A DNA stretch of 64,000 nucleotides, taken from positions 4,317 to 68,316 of the IMG/VR virus record IMGVR_UViG_3300042350_003685; one strand, written 5' to 3'. This stretch comes from a virus. The notes beneath the pieces were generated by a model, which did not search any database, had not been told where the DNA came from, and was given only the letters and a program-made list of their open reading frames with translations. Positions 54,028-63,432 of the stretch are shown here, piece after piece (the stretch's first letter is position 1; each line of letters begins with the position of its first letter). Both the position numbers and the translations under genes were made by a program.

Positions 54028-55052
54028 TATATCAAAGCTAAAAGTTGATCACGAGCTAGATTTTTACCCTTGGCTTCGCACTGTATGTCAAAGTTTTCAG
54101 CAAAACTCAAAGCCCATTCGTTACATGCGTGATTCCAGTAGAAATCGCTGTGAGCCCTGAGCTTTTGTTTGTTAAAACCTCGATTAATAAGCGAATCAAG
54201 ATCGGGTCGTACTCTGCTATCATGATCCAGCAAAAGATCTTCGCGGCTAACACTGTAGTGAAGAGCAGGGCGCACACCACGCCAAGACTCAATAACCCGC
54301 ATGACATCAGCGTCTTGCGGATCGATGTATTCACCGGTCTTAATCCAGTTATGGTGAATGTCCAAAACAACAGCGCAATGCTCAGCCAAGTTAAGAACAC
54401 TATCGAGGCCATTTCCAATTTCATCATTCTCTATGGTTATGAGGTTGCGAGCCTCGGTTGACAAGCGACCTAGTGTTCTAACAAACTTTTCAGCGCCGCC
54501 GCGCCCACTAAGATGTATGTTGATTTTAAATCCATGATCATGCCATGCTGCACCATAGCCCATCCAACGGGCCATGTCTACGTGATATTCAAACTCATCA
54601 ATGCTACGCTCAACGATGTTATCATTGTCACTTGCAAGAACGCAATACTGGCCAGGATGAAAAGACAACCGTACGTCAAGGGCACGAGCCAACCGTCCCA
54701 CTTCTGCAAAATGTGTTTCGGCGTAAGCTCTAACATCCGGTTCACGATAAAACCAGCTCCAATCAGGCTGAGTATACATGGGAAGAATATCACTCCCAAT
54801 ACGTACCATATGACATCGTTCATCTAGTGCTCCAACTCTTTCAACTAAAAGTCTTGTGGATTCAATATTGAATTTTACCAAACTCCACAGTTTTTCCACA
54901 GCTACATCGCGAGGCTGACGATTAAGCCAGGCCACAGTGGTTGTACGAGTGTTATGGTCAGTGGCTGCAACCCGCTTGCCTGCGACCTCTGCGGGATCGG
55001 TTAGCCATTTGCAACAAAAACCGGTACGCCGAAGAGTTTTAGATGTAGTCAT
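54027..55052 (-). CDS. uvsE: UV DNA damage endonuclease
   Basis: GF.C, RI.SDI.P, RLSFHPGQY.VL.S, IEND, LDIHH, RAHSD and EAK.K motifs. Confidence 0.9.
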   Translation of the reverse strand: MTTSKTLRRTGFCCKWLTDPAEVAGKRVAATDHNTRTTTVAWLNRQPRDVAVEKLWSLVKFNIESTRLLVERVGALDERCHMVRIGSDILPMYTQPDWSWFYREPDVRAYAETHFAEVGRLARALDVRLSFHPGQYCVLASDNDNIVERSIDEFEYHVDMARWMGYGAAWHDHGFKINIHLSGRGGAEKFVRTLGRLSTEARNLITIENDEIGNGLDSVLNLAEHCAVVLDIHHNWIKTGEYIDPQDADVMRVIESWRGVRPALHYSVSREDLLLDHDSRVRPDLDSLINRGFNKQKLRAHSDFYWNHACNEWALSFAENFDIQCEAKGKNLARDQLLALI

Positions 55053-55491
55053 AACGTGATTGTACACTAGTTATCAAATATTGTGTTAAACTTTGGTTCC
55101 ATTGATCTTCGGTTATGCCACAGTGCTCATATCCTTGTTGAATACCCTGTATGTAACCAGAGCTAGGATAACCAGTTACTGGTCCTGCGATTTCGTAGAA
55201 AAAGAAATGTTCATTGTCTTGACGCCAGCGACGTCGTGTATAGTATGTGGGATAGCCTTCATAGCGATCAAGTGCGTCAAAGTCTTTGGGTGTGACCAAC
55301 CAAAGAGCACCTGGTACCACTGCGCCGCGACGTGGTAAGATTGTGGCGTGATTTCCAAAGGCCAGTTCCCAACCACGCAGATCAAGTCTTTTTACAAATC
55401 TAGCAGTTGGGCATCGCCAACTCATTTGTTCATGATTTAGATTGCTGCCATAGGCAAAATACAACGAGGGATATTCTAGTGTTCGCGCCAG
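55039..55491 (-). CDS. Gamma-glutamylcyclotransferase (AIG2-like); start uncertain
   Basis: YFAYGSNL...M..RCP.A and LDRYEGYP; no nearby ATG, candidate CTG/TTG start. Confidence 0.75.
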   Translation of the reverse strand: MARTLEYPSLYFAYGSNLNHEQMSWRCPTARFVKRLDLRGWELAFGNHATILPRRGAVVPGALWLVTPKDFDALDRYEGYPTYYTRRRWRQDNEHFFFYEIAGPVTGYPSSGYIQGIQQGYEHCGITEDQWNQSLTQYLITSVQSRYDYI

Positions 55492-56393
55492 ATGTCCAGA
55501 GTGGTGCAATGAAAGCCCCCGCCCAGAGTTCGGCTGTGAGTCAGTGGCAGTGCGATGACCTCTATACCGCGATTTTCCAATACCGCGATCAGAGTCTTTT
55601 GAATCTCGTCCACTATTACCAAACCTGGACGCACTACCAAAATGTTCATTCCTATCCATTTGCTTGCATAAGGGTACTGGTAAAAGTCCCGCTCCACTAT
55701 TTCGTTTATATAGATTCTATCCCAACGTTTGAGACAGTTCGGCAAATTATCTTCATTGACTCTACTGGCATTGAGCAACACCAGACCTTCTTGTAAGGGT
55801 GCTATTGTTGAATCAATATGCACACCTGCGTAAAAGTTACAAAGTTCGATATTCTTGTTAGGAAACTGAGCACACAGCCAATCATATGCAGCACGATTAC
55901 CACTTTGGCTTTCAAGATACAACCAGTCATCTCCCAAACGACACACATTGGCAGCATCCAATATCATGTCTTGATCTCTGGGCATGCGCAACACTCGAGC
56001 AGCAGACTTGACTATGAAATCCATTTGCTCGATTTCCATGTCTCTGCACGGATACAACATAGCTGGATCAACCACGGTGTCATCACCAATCAACAGTCGA
56101 TCACGGGGACAATAATTGTACATGCCGCCGCGAGCCACAAAATCAATTGGTTCTGGTCTCCAAACTTCAACTCCTAAATTGTACAATACTTCACTTAATT
56201 TGTCAAGTTCTAAATTGGCTTGATCAATCACATGCTGCGGAACAGGACCTGATGGCACAGGAGTTTGGGTCCATTTGGTTCGAGTGTGCTCCAGTGCAAA
56301 AACCGGATCTTGGCTAGGCCAATTGGCGTTAGTAGCGGATCCAACCAATATTCTGCGTAGCGGATCCCATTCATTTCGGCTGTAGACTTCCAT
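55476..56393 (-). CDS. Amidinotransferase (glycine/inosamine-phosphate type)
   Basis: NEWDPL, CPRD, DAAN, HID and GGGFHCTT (catalytic Asp/His/Cys). Confidence 0.88.
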   Translation of the reverse strand: MEVYSRNEWDPLRRILVGSATNANWPSQDPVFALEHTRTKWTQTPVPSGPVPQHVIDQANLELDKLSEVLYNLGVEVWRPEPIDFVARGGMYNYCPRDRLLIGDDTVVDPAMLYPCRDMEIEQMDFIVKSAARVLRMPRDQDMILDAANVCRLGDDWLYLESQSGNRAAYDWLCAQFPNKNIELCNFYAGVHIDSTIAPLQEGLVLLNASRVNEDNLPNCLKRWDRIYINEIVERDFYQYPYASKWIGMNILVVRPGLVIVDEIQKTLIAVLENRGIEVIALPLTHSRTLGGGFHCTTLDIWREH

Positions 56394-56890
56394 TAGTTAC
56401 CTGTGAGTTGTAGTGTATAACGATTGGTTTGGCCAACATTGGCTGCGAGATGCGGGAACTGATTACTCCAACATACCCAGTCTCCCTGTCGCCAATTCAC
56501 CACTGGTCTTTTGTTCATTTCCAAATAATGACCACTTTGCCAGTCTTCCAAAAAAACAATGATTCGCACAATTGTATCTGTGTCTTTTAATCGGTTATGT
56601 CTACGGAAAAAAGCATAGGTATCACTGTGTTCTGGTAGTGTGCAACCTGGGGTCATGCGATACACACTCCAGCTAAAGTTTTCCAAAGGAAAAAAGTGTT
56701 TGAATCTATCTATCCAGCTGGGCGCAGGTCTACGCATATCATACATGTCACCTGTGAATTTGGTCTGTGTGTATCCCAGACGTCGCCATTCTGCCACTGC
56801 TGGTGCATCATTAAAAGGTTCGTTGGTGTAATCAAGATCTCGATGTTGTAATCCCCACCAGGGATCTGAAATAGACCCCTGGGCCCACAT
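56393..56890 (-). CDS. 2OG-Fe(II) oxygenase/cupin
   Basis: PEHSD, distal H in PHLAANVG and RYTLQ. Confidence 0.7.
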   Translation of the reverse strand: MWAQGSISDPWWGLQHRDLDYTNEPFNDAPAVAEWRRLGYTQTKFTGDMYDMRRPAPSWIDRFKHFFPLENFSWSVYRMTPGCTLPEHSDTYAFFRRHNRLKDTDTIVRIIVFLEDWQSGHYLEMNKRPVVNWRQGDWVCWSNQFPHLAANVGQTNRYTLQLTGN

Positions 56891-56891
56891 A

Positions 56892-58148
56892 TTAGTGTCT
56901 GGTATTACCATAATGAATCACGGTGTGCTTTTCTGAAAGTTTGAGTTTGCGCCACGGATCTACAATAATTGAACCTTGAGGTATTTCGCAGTAAGGTTGA
57001 GTGTCCTGTTGATCACCGGTGTATTCATATGTGATCTTGCGATTGTGTGCCCACAACACCACATGTGGCACGCTGCCTAGGTCAGCAACAACATCTGTGG
57101 GATCATCAGCTATTGGATCAACGTACTTGACCTTATAGCCCATTTGCTTGACATAATGTCCAACCAAGGTTGAATAGCTGCCAATGCAATACTCAACGTC
57201 AGGTTTGTAGGCCTTGCCATGAATAGCAATAGGCATGTCTTTGCCGTCTGGGCCACCAGCATAGGCTTGCTTTACCAAGAATTCAGCAAGATTACGTGCT
57301 TGTATTTCACGAGCATGCATGATAGTATCAAATAAGTCATACCCAATGTCATATTCTTGAGCCAGCCAACGCAGTGCAATGTTGTCACGTGGATGACACG
57401 CACCTGCATCTCCCATGCCTGCAGTCATGTACTTAGGTCCCATGATGCGCATGTTGCTGCGAGCCAGCGCATTTGTAACAACATCAACATTAATGTTGCC
57501 GATCTTGAGAGCAAAGTCTTGAATCATGTTGGCCAGACCAACCTTGGCGGAAATAAATGTGTTATAGAAGATCTTAATGGCTTCACATTCATCCCAGGTG
57601 CCAACTTCGTATCTTGGATCGTTTTTCATGATGCCACGATAGAGCTCGATTAGTTCGCCCGCAACACCTGTGACGCTGCCATCTTCGGTGCCAATGATTA
57701 CCATTTCTGGATTGGCCATGTCCCATTTCACTGATCCCATGGCAATCAAATATGGGTTGTACAAAAACGAATGCATGGGGTCAAGCAAACTGATAAATTT
57801 GCGTCGTGTGGTACCAGGCAACACAGTGCTGATCAACACAACTTTTTTTGGTGACTTGGCATACTTGTTGATGTTGTTTATAGCATCAATCACAGCTTCG
57901 TGACCAAAGTCTTTGGGCTCCATGTGACTTGAAGGCACTGAGCCATCATAGCCTTCTGCGTGTGGGGTTGGCACAGCAATAAAGATCCAATCGCTGTTGT
58001 TGATCATTTCCCCCACGTCTGCGTACACAGTTACCAGATCACTAGATCTTGGATAAATATCATACCCAGAGGTTGGGTATTTTTCAGCAAAAACTTCAGC
58101 ACAATCAAGGCCTAGCTTTCCTAGCCCTATAAAACCAATTTTGTTCAT
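56892..58148 (-). CDS. UDP-glucose/GDP-mannose dehydrogenase family
   Basis: GLGKLG Rossmann motif, AVPTP, STV.PGT, KIFYN and GDAGACHPRD (catalytic Cys). Confidence 0.9.
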   Translation of the reverse strand: MNKIGFIGLGKLGLDCAEVFAEKYPTSGYDIYPRSSDLVTVYADVGEMINNSDWIFIAVPTPHAEGYDGSVPSSHMEPKDFGHEAVIDAINNINKYAKSPKKVVLISTVLPGTTRRKFISLLDPMHSFLYNPYLIAMGSVKWDMANPEMVIIGTEDGSVTGVAGELIELYRGIMKNDPRYEVGTWDECEAIKIFYNTFISAKVGLANMIQDFALKIGNINVDVVTNALARSNMRIMGPKYMTAGMGDAGACHPRDNIALRWLAQEYDIGYDLFDTIMHAREIQARNLAEFLVKQAYAGGPDGKDMPIAIHGKAYKPDVEYCIGSYSTLVGHYVKQMGYKVKYVDPIADDPTDVVADLGSVPHVVLWAHNRKITYEYTGDQQDTQPYCEIPQGSIIVDPWRKLKLSEKHTVIHYGNTRH

Positions 58149-58187
58149 AAATTCTCCAAGCACAAAGGTTAGCAATAATTATTTCAT

Positions 58188-58676
58188 ATGAGCCACCAAC
58201 ACAAAAAAACCTACGCTGTAAATGTGCATATTGATGCCCAGCTTGCCACAGTTGACACAGTTGATATCAAGGTGTTTACCAGGTTCAACAGCAACACCCC
58301 CACACAGCATATCAAATCAGGTTACCAAGTTATTGAACAAGCTTTGCCTCTAGGACGGTTTGACAAGCTCATGATTCAAATTGGTGATCTTGGTAACCAG
58401 AGCTCGATGTCAAATCATCTGCGTATAGAAGGTATTGTGATAGACGGCATTGATTTGAATCCACACAATGTGCATCTTGGGCGTCAATTCCCTGATCATA
58501 CCCGCACCACACACCGACATCCAGTAGAATACTATGAGCCTGGCACGCACTTTGATTTCGCTGGAGTCTATGAACTAGACATAGAAACTCCAATTTGGCG
58601 ATATGCTTTGTATGCTTTTAAACGGCTGTCACCATACCGAGAACAACTTTACACTTCAAACAATGATGTATCATAA
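58188..58676 (+). CDS. Hypothetical protein
   Basis: ORF divergent from the dehydrogenase. Confidence 0.6.
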   Translation: MSHQHKKTYAVNVHIDAQLATVDTVDIKVFTRFNSNTPTQHIKSGYQVIEQALPLGRFDKLMIQIGDLGNQSSMSNHLRIEGIVIDGIDLNPHNVHLGRQFPDHTRTTHRHPVEYYEPGTHFDFAGVYELDIETPIWRYALYAFKRLSPYREQLYTSNNDVS

Positions 58677-59439
58677 TCAAAGACCCCTAGTTGATGCCCT
58701 GCATCAAGCACATCTTGATCAACAAGATGTTGATTGGCAAAAAATTATCTATTCAGGCATACCCTGGTTACCTTTGGATCTTGATCCTCCTAAACTGGAC
58801 CAACAAGACTTGGCCAAGGACGTAGAACGTTGGTTCTATAACAGCACGGTCAACAAAGAATCTCTCAAGACTGCAAGCTTTACCGAAAGCAACATTGTGG
58901 GCGACAGCATGGTACAACGACTAGACAACGAACCAGGCCAGCGTCTGTGGCAAGGTAAAATGCTGTTTGGTCCCAAGGACTGGATCAAAGAAACCTATAC
59001 CGGTACCATCTATGTTGAATACACCATGGCTCGACGCTTTAGGGATCGCATGGAGTGTGCATGGGATATTGATGCTGAACATCCTATAAGAAAGTTTGTG
59101 AGTTCATTGGTATCTGAAAAAGATCTATATTCAGTCAGTGTGTTTTTGCTACCGCCCACGGAATATCTTGATCCACATCTAGACTACAACCAAGGATTGA
59201 AAATTGGTTTGGCTAGTATATTCTGGGGCGCACAGTGGGATCCAGGCAATGACTTTGGAATCGCAGGCTTTGGACTGGCTCCTATCAAACAGGATTGGAT
59301 TGGCTTGATTGACACCTTCAATCATCCGCACTGGGTTATTAACCGTAGTCAACGCGATAGAATAAACATTGTGATCAATCTTGAACACAGTGCTATTAGT
59401 CATGTGATTGAAAACAGCTGGCGTAAAATCTGGCGTTGA
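58603..59439 (+). CDS. Asp/Asn beta-hydroxylase-like 2OG-Fe(II) oxygenase
   Basis: LDPHLD and HWVINRS..DRINIVI; start may be near 58663. Confidence 0.6.
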   Translation: MLCMLLNGCHHTENNFTLQTMMYHNQRPLVDALHQAHLDQQDVDWQKIIYSGIPWLPLDLDPPKLDQQDLAKDVERWFYNSTVNKESLKTASFTESNIVGDSMVQRLDNEPGQRLWQGKMLFGPKDWIKETYTGTIYVEYTMARRFRDRMECAWDIDAEHPIRKFVSSLVSEKDLYSVSVFLLPPTEYLDPHLDYNQGLKIGLASIFWGAQWDPGNDFGIAGFGLAPIKQDWIGLIDTFNHPHWVINRSQRDRINIVINLEHSAISHVIENSWRKIWR

Positions 59440-60651
59440 TTACTTTTTAAACCAATCCTGCTGCTCACCTTCGCGATCCAAATCACAGGTATGACAGTGT
59501 GTGCCAGCGTCCCAGAAAAACTGATGTCGTAAAGGCAACACATGGCAGGTTATGCCATAACGTTCCATGGCACGCACCACATTTTCATCATACTGACTTA
59601 CCACTGCGGTTTTTGGATCAACCATGAGAATGTTCACAAAGAACTTGGTTTCAACTGCATTGCCCGTCCAATGGCGCATGTAGGTATCAAGAAAATCTGC
59701 TAGTTGTGGTGATTGCTCTTGACCCTGTAGATAATAACGACCATAGCCCCATTTGCGTAGTTCTCGCCAGTCTGCTACTGTTTCTAAAAAGCTTCGGTCA
59801 CTGCCGTAGACTACTTCCCAGCCAGGAAAGCTTTTTTCATATGTGGTTTGATCGTGGTAGCTGATGATCAAACCAGGTGCCACTGGACAGAATGTGCCAT
59901 CGCTGTGACCACCAGTGTCAATAATATGTGGACGAAATGTTTTACCAGCTATGGATTGACTTAGTAGACTTAGACCGCTGGTTACGCCGCCATACCACTC
60001 GGTAGCAAAATAAAGATCACGTCCCACTCTAGTGACCATGCTGCCATTTACAAATTCGTGTTGTGCTGTGTCTTTTAAGGTATTTCCTCTTCTAGCAATA
60101 AACCGATAAATGTCATCAAACACGCCCACTGGGTTTGTGAGTTTCTCAGCCATGCGATACCATTCGCTGTTGCGTATCCGCAGATAATCGCAGTCATAAA
60201 CTAGATCCTGAATGTGCGTGGGCAAATTTGCAAAGTCTTTTTCTCTATTACAATTAGGCCAGTCTGGCTGTTGGATGTCTTGGTAAAACTGATTCCAGCC
60301 GGGCCATTCATCATAATGATCAGCATACACCACACGTTTCCATGAGTGACTTTTATAGAAAGTGTCTCCAATCATGATGTGATAGTCTCTAGGAGTCACA
60401 GGCGGCATGGGCATCTCACGCTTGAACTCTAGTTGCTGCCAACGACTAACATCGGGTCTCAACACAGTGACCCCACGCTGCTCAAGAAATCTGCTGAGTG
60501 ATGCTAGATCTTCTTCAGTCTCAATTGCTATGCGTTCAAAAATTGATCTAAGCTTGGAGTCTTTGATATAAGCAAAAGCTTCTGGTGGCCAACAAGCACC
60601 AACTATACACACTTTCAGTGGATCCCAGTGTTGATAAACTTGTAGTTTCAA
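59440..60651 (-). CDS. Second, divergent amidinotransferase
   Basis: HWDPLK, TPRD, GHSDG and DAGTHCHT.DL.R; contains a W...Y..I....WP.C....F..LP..IQ insertion. Confidence 0.8.
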   Translation of the reverse strand: MKLQVYQHWDPLKVCIVGACWPPEAFAYIKDSKLRSIFERIAIETEEDLASLSRFLEQRGVTVLRPDVSRWQQLEFKREMPMPPVTPRDYHIMIGDTFYKSHSWKRVVYADHYDEWPGWNQFYQDIQQPDWPNCNREKDFANLPTHIQDLVYDCDYLRIRNSEWYRMAEKLTNPVGVFDDIYRFIARRGNTLKDTAQHEFVNGSMVTRVGRDLYFATEWYGGVTSGLSLLSQSIAGKTFRPHIIDTGGHSDGTFCPVAPGLIISYHDQTTYEKSFPGWEVVYGSDRSFLETVADWRELRKWGYGRYYLQGQEQSPQLADFLDTYMRHWTGNAVETKFFVNILMVDPKTAVVSQYDENVVRAMERYGITCHVLPLRHQFFWDAGTHCHTCDLDREGEQQDWFKK

Positions 60652-60673
60652 TTGCGCCTCTATAAGTAGGTTT

Positions 60674-61903
60674 ATGTTTGTTCCAATGGACCTGTTGTAT
60701 GACTATCTAGAACACATAGTCAATCACGACTTTGTAATTTATCGATTTTGGCCGCATGGATCCAAAAACATTCAGGATCTTGTGCCCAAGCGCGATTATA
60801 CTATGCTTGACAGCGTCACGCGACCTATATTGATATTTCACGATCAGGAACCACTTAACTTTGATTTATACCAAAGCCAAAACCTAGAACACACCACATG
60901 GTTTAAAGATTGGCCACTGGAATTTAGACAATGGTGGTTAAATCGCAACCTGCGCAGCGCATGTGAAGTCAATGTGCATGACCGATGTATCGTTACCCAT
61001 AGTGAACATAACAGTGCCCAGGTTTCACTTTATCAACAACATGGATTCGAAACTGTGTATGTCTGGAGTCATGCTCTGTTATCAAGAGATTGGTATCGTT
61101 ATGCTATGTTAGATCCCAGGCTTCAACAGCCTCGATCGGTCAAACACGACTTCAACATCTATGCACGAGCCTGGAGTGGCACCAGAGAGTATAGGTTATA
61201 TTTTTTGAGCTTGATCACTGATATCGCACATCACTGTAGAACCACATTTTCTACCCAGGATCAAGCTCACTATCTTGATTACAGGTTTGCCAATTCACGA
61301 TATGATATTGCAAAACTTGATCTAGAAAATTATTTTGGTGACACCAGTGTTAGTAGCCACAGCAGTGCTACCTATGATGCAGAACATGTTTGCAGCACAG
61401 GATTTGATGTTGTGCTAGAAACTATCTTTGATGAGGATCGCATACATCTCACTGAAAAAAGCCTGCGTCCTATTGCGTGTGGTCAGCCTTTTCTGTTGGC
61501 AGCAGCCGCAGGAAGTTTATCGTACCTACGTGGTTATGGTTTCCAAACATTTGAATCTGTGATAGATGAGTCATATGACCTTGAAAGCGATCCTGTACGC
61601 CGCTTGCACATGATCACTGCCGAGATGAAAAGAATTGCTCGTATGTCTAGTCAACAAAAAAATCAACTGATGCAACAGTGCAGGCACATAGTAGAACACA
61701 ATCAAACACACTTCTTCAGCACTGATTTTTTCAATCAAGTTGTAAACGAATACATTGTAAACATGCAGCAGGCCATGTTGGCAGTATCCCAATCTCGTCA
61801 TGGGTCGGAACCACGGCAGCATCTTGCTATCTACGATCGTTGGCCTGAATTCCGTGGTCACCCAGATGCCGAACCCATACTGCGTGTACTGAAAACGATC
61901 TAG
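60674..61903 (+). CDS. Putative glycosyltransferase-like protein (TEKS.RPI...QPF...GFQTF..VIDESYD family)
   Basis: Paralogue of 40912..42123; TATAAGTA 5 nt before the ATG. Confidence 0.6.
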   Translation: MFVPMDLLYDYLEHIVNHDFVIYRFWPHGSKNIQDLVPKRDYTMLDSVTRPILIFHDQEPLNFDLYQSQNLEHTTWFKDWPLEFRQWWLNRNLRSACEVNVHDRCIVTHSEHNSAQVSLYQQHGFETVYVWSHALLSRDWYRYAMLDPRLQQPRSVKHDFNIYARAWSGTREYRLYFLSLITDIAHHCRTTFSTQDQAHYLDYRFANSRYDIAKLDLENYFGDTSVSSHSSATYDAEHVCSTGFDVVLETIFDEDRIHLTEKSLRPIACGQPFLLAAAAGSLSYLRGYGFQTFESVIDESYDLESDPVRRLHMITAEMKRIARMSSQQKNQLMQQCRHIVEHNQTHFFSTDFFNQVVNEYIVNMQQAMLAVSQSRHGSEPRQHLAIYDRWPEFRGHPDAEPILRVLKTI

Positions 61904-62256
61904 GCAACGTTCCGAGAAATCACTGCACTCCAGTCCGGCCCAGGTTCAGAATCAATGCAACTTTGCAACCTAGCGTGCATAATTTCATAGAAGCTGTCCA
62001 CACGACCTCCCCATTGTCCCAGCAGGCCAGTCAAAAGATCCAATGACTGCTGCCACTGCCGCTGTTTATAGGTTTCCAACATTTTGTGATGATTGTCGTA
62101 CAGTGTGCCAATACGCCCTATGTCTTGAAAGGGTATGTGTTCTACCACACAATAGGCTGTAAACTGCTTGCCACCCACTGAAATAGTGTCAAGTTCCAAC
62201 ACCACATGTTTGTCAGACAAGTCGCTCTTGGCTGCTTCATCAAATATAATATGCAT
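61900..62256 (-). CDS. Stand-alone homologue of the C-terminal region of class III adenylate/guanylate cyclases
   Basis: ELD.I.V.GK...Y...Y..R.W......D..Y....R.....P..DW..V pattern; catalytic core absent. Confidence 0.5.
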   Translation of the reverse strand: MHIIFDEAAKSDLSDKHVVLELDTISVGGKQFTAYCVVEHIPFQDIGRIGTLYDNHHKMLETYKQRQWQQSLDLLTGLLGQWGGRVDSFYEIMHARLQSCIDSEPGPDWSAVISRNVA

Positions 62257-62280
62257 TGCGTTTCCTTTTAAATATGTATT

Positions 62281-63072
62281 ATGCCTTTTGTATTCGACTT
62301 AATTTCTGATTTACACAATGAGACCTGGTCAACATTTGATTGGTCAGGACAACCTACTAGTCCTTTTGCAATAGTTGCAGGTGATGTTGCTGTAGATCGA
62401 GACGTTTTAATCAAAACTCTAGAACACCTAGCAAAATGCTATCACATGGTATTTTACATAGATGGCAACGACGAACACAAGCTTTACATGTCCGATCTAG
62501 CCAGTAGCTACCGTGCGCTACACAAGGCTATCAAAAAGATAAAAAACGTTGTGTATCTACAGGAAAATGTGGTAGTAATGAATGGGGTAGGTGTGTTGGC
62601 TACAAATGGCTGGTGGGGCTTTGATGCGGATCCGGGCATAGACGAAGATCAAACACATCATTGGTGGATTAATAAAATGCACAGAGATGGATATGATGCT
62701 GACAGTAACCTAATCAAAGATCTATCAAGAACAGATGCTGCCTACATAATTCGCAGTGTGCAGAGACTGCAACGCCACCAAGATGTGAAAAAAATTGTGA
62801 TAGTAACACACACAGTGCCTACCACAGAACTAATCAAGCACGACATTGATCTTGAGGGCAAGTATGGATTCAACTGCATGGTTAACTCTCTCATGGACTT
62901 GGCCATTCCAAATGATACAGAACACAAAATTCACACCTGGTGTTTTGGTCATTATCACTTGCCAGTGGATCGTGTGATTGATGGCATACGCTATGTAAAC
63001 AACTGCCGCGGACGTGGAAACACCGACTTTAAACAGTCGGTGTATTATCCAAAACGTATTGAGATAAGTTAA
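62281..63072 (+). CDS. Calcineurin-like metallophosphoesterase
   Basis: SDLH, GD, GNDEH, THTVP and GHYH motifs. Confidence 0.85.
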   Translation: MPFVFDLISDLHNETWSTFDWSGQPTSPFAIVAGDVAVDRDVLIKTLEHLAKCYHMVFYIDGNDEHKLYMSDLASSYRALHKAIKKIKNVVYLQENVVVMNGVGVLATNGWWGFDADPGIDEDQTHHWWINKMHRDGYDADSNLIKDLSRTDAAYIIRSVQRLQRHQDVKKIVIVTHTVPTTELIKHDIDLEGKYGFNCMVNSLMDLAIPNDTEHKIHTWCFGHYHLPVDRVIDGIRYVNNCRGRGNTDFKQSVYYPKRIEIS

Positions 63073-63380
63073 GCGTCAGCTTCTAGACGTACCTGCAAGG
63101 GAAAGTTATTGGCCCTGGCGCTGAGTGTGACTTCTACTCCTTTTTGTTCGGCCAGCTCATAGGGCAGAACTGCCACAGTGGCCGAACCAATATTGTGTAT
63201 GTCAAGAGTAATTGCTTCTGCTGTTTCTTCAGTATAATCAAAAAATTCAATTAGACTGCCTATAACAAAATCCATTGAGGTTTGATTGTCATTGAGATAG
63301 ATCACCTTAAACATAGGTGGCTCTTTTAGTTCTTCGTTGATGTTGGTTTTGGTCTCTGTGACAACTTCAGCATTAGACAT
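63069..63380 (-). CDS. clpS: Clp protease adaptor ClpS
   Basis: P.MFKVIYLND..TSMDFV...IH..G.A.V....E.AEQK...FPL. Confidence 0.9.
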   Translation of the reverse strand: MSNAEVVTETKTNINEELKEPPMFKVIYLNDNQTSMDFVIGSLIEFFDYTEETAEAITLDIHNIGSATVAVLPYELAEQKGVEVTLSARANNFPLQVRLEADA

Positions 63381-63399
63381 TTTGCGTTCCTTGAATAAT

Positions 63400-63417
63400 G
63401 GGGGAGTTGCCTCCCCC
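63400..63417 (-). terminator. GC-rich hairpin between hsp20 and clpS (terminator or stabiliser)
   Basis: GGGGGAG-GCAA-CTCCCCC; weak U-tract. Confidence 0.5.
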
Positions 63418-63432
63418 TGTATTTACACGATA

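Noticed and set aside
55492-55659. Long N-terminal extension of the GGCT ORF overlapping the amidinotransferase
   Set aside because: The extension looks like off-frame sequence. The domain begins at YFAYGSN, so a near-cognate start (CTG 55491 or a TTG just before YFAY) is more plausible; there is no evidence for a frameshift fusion.
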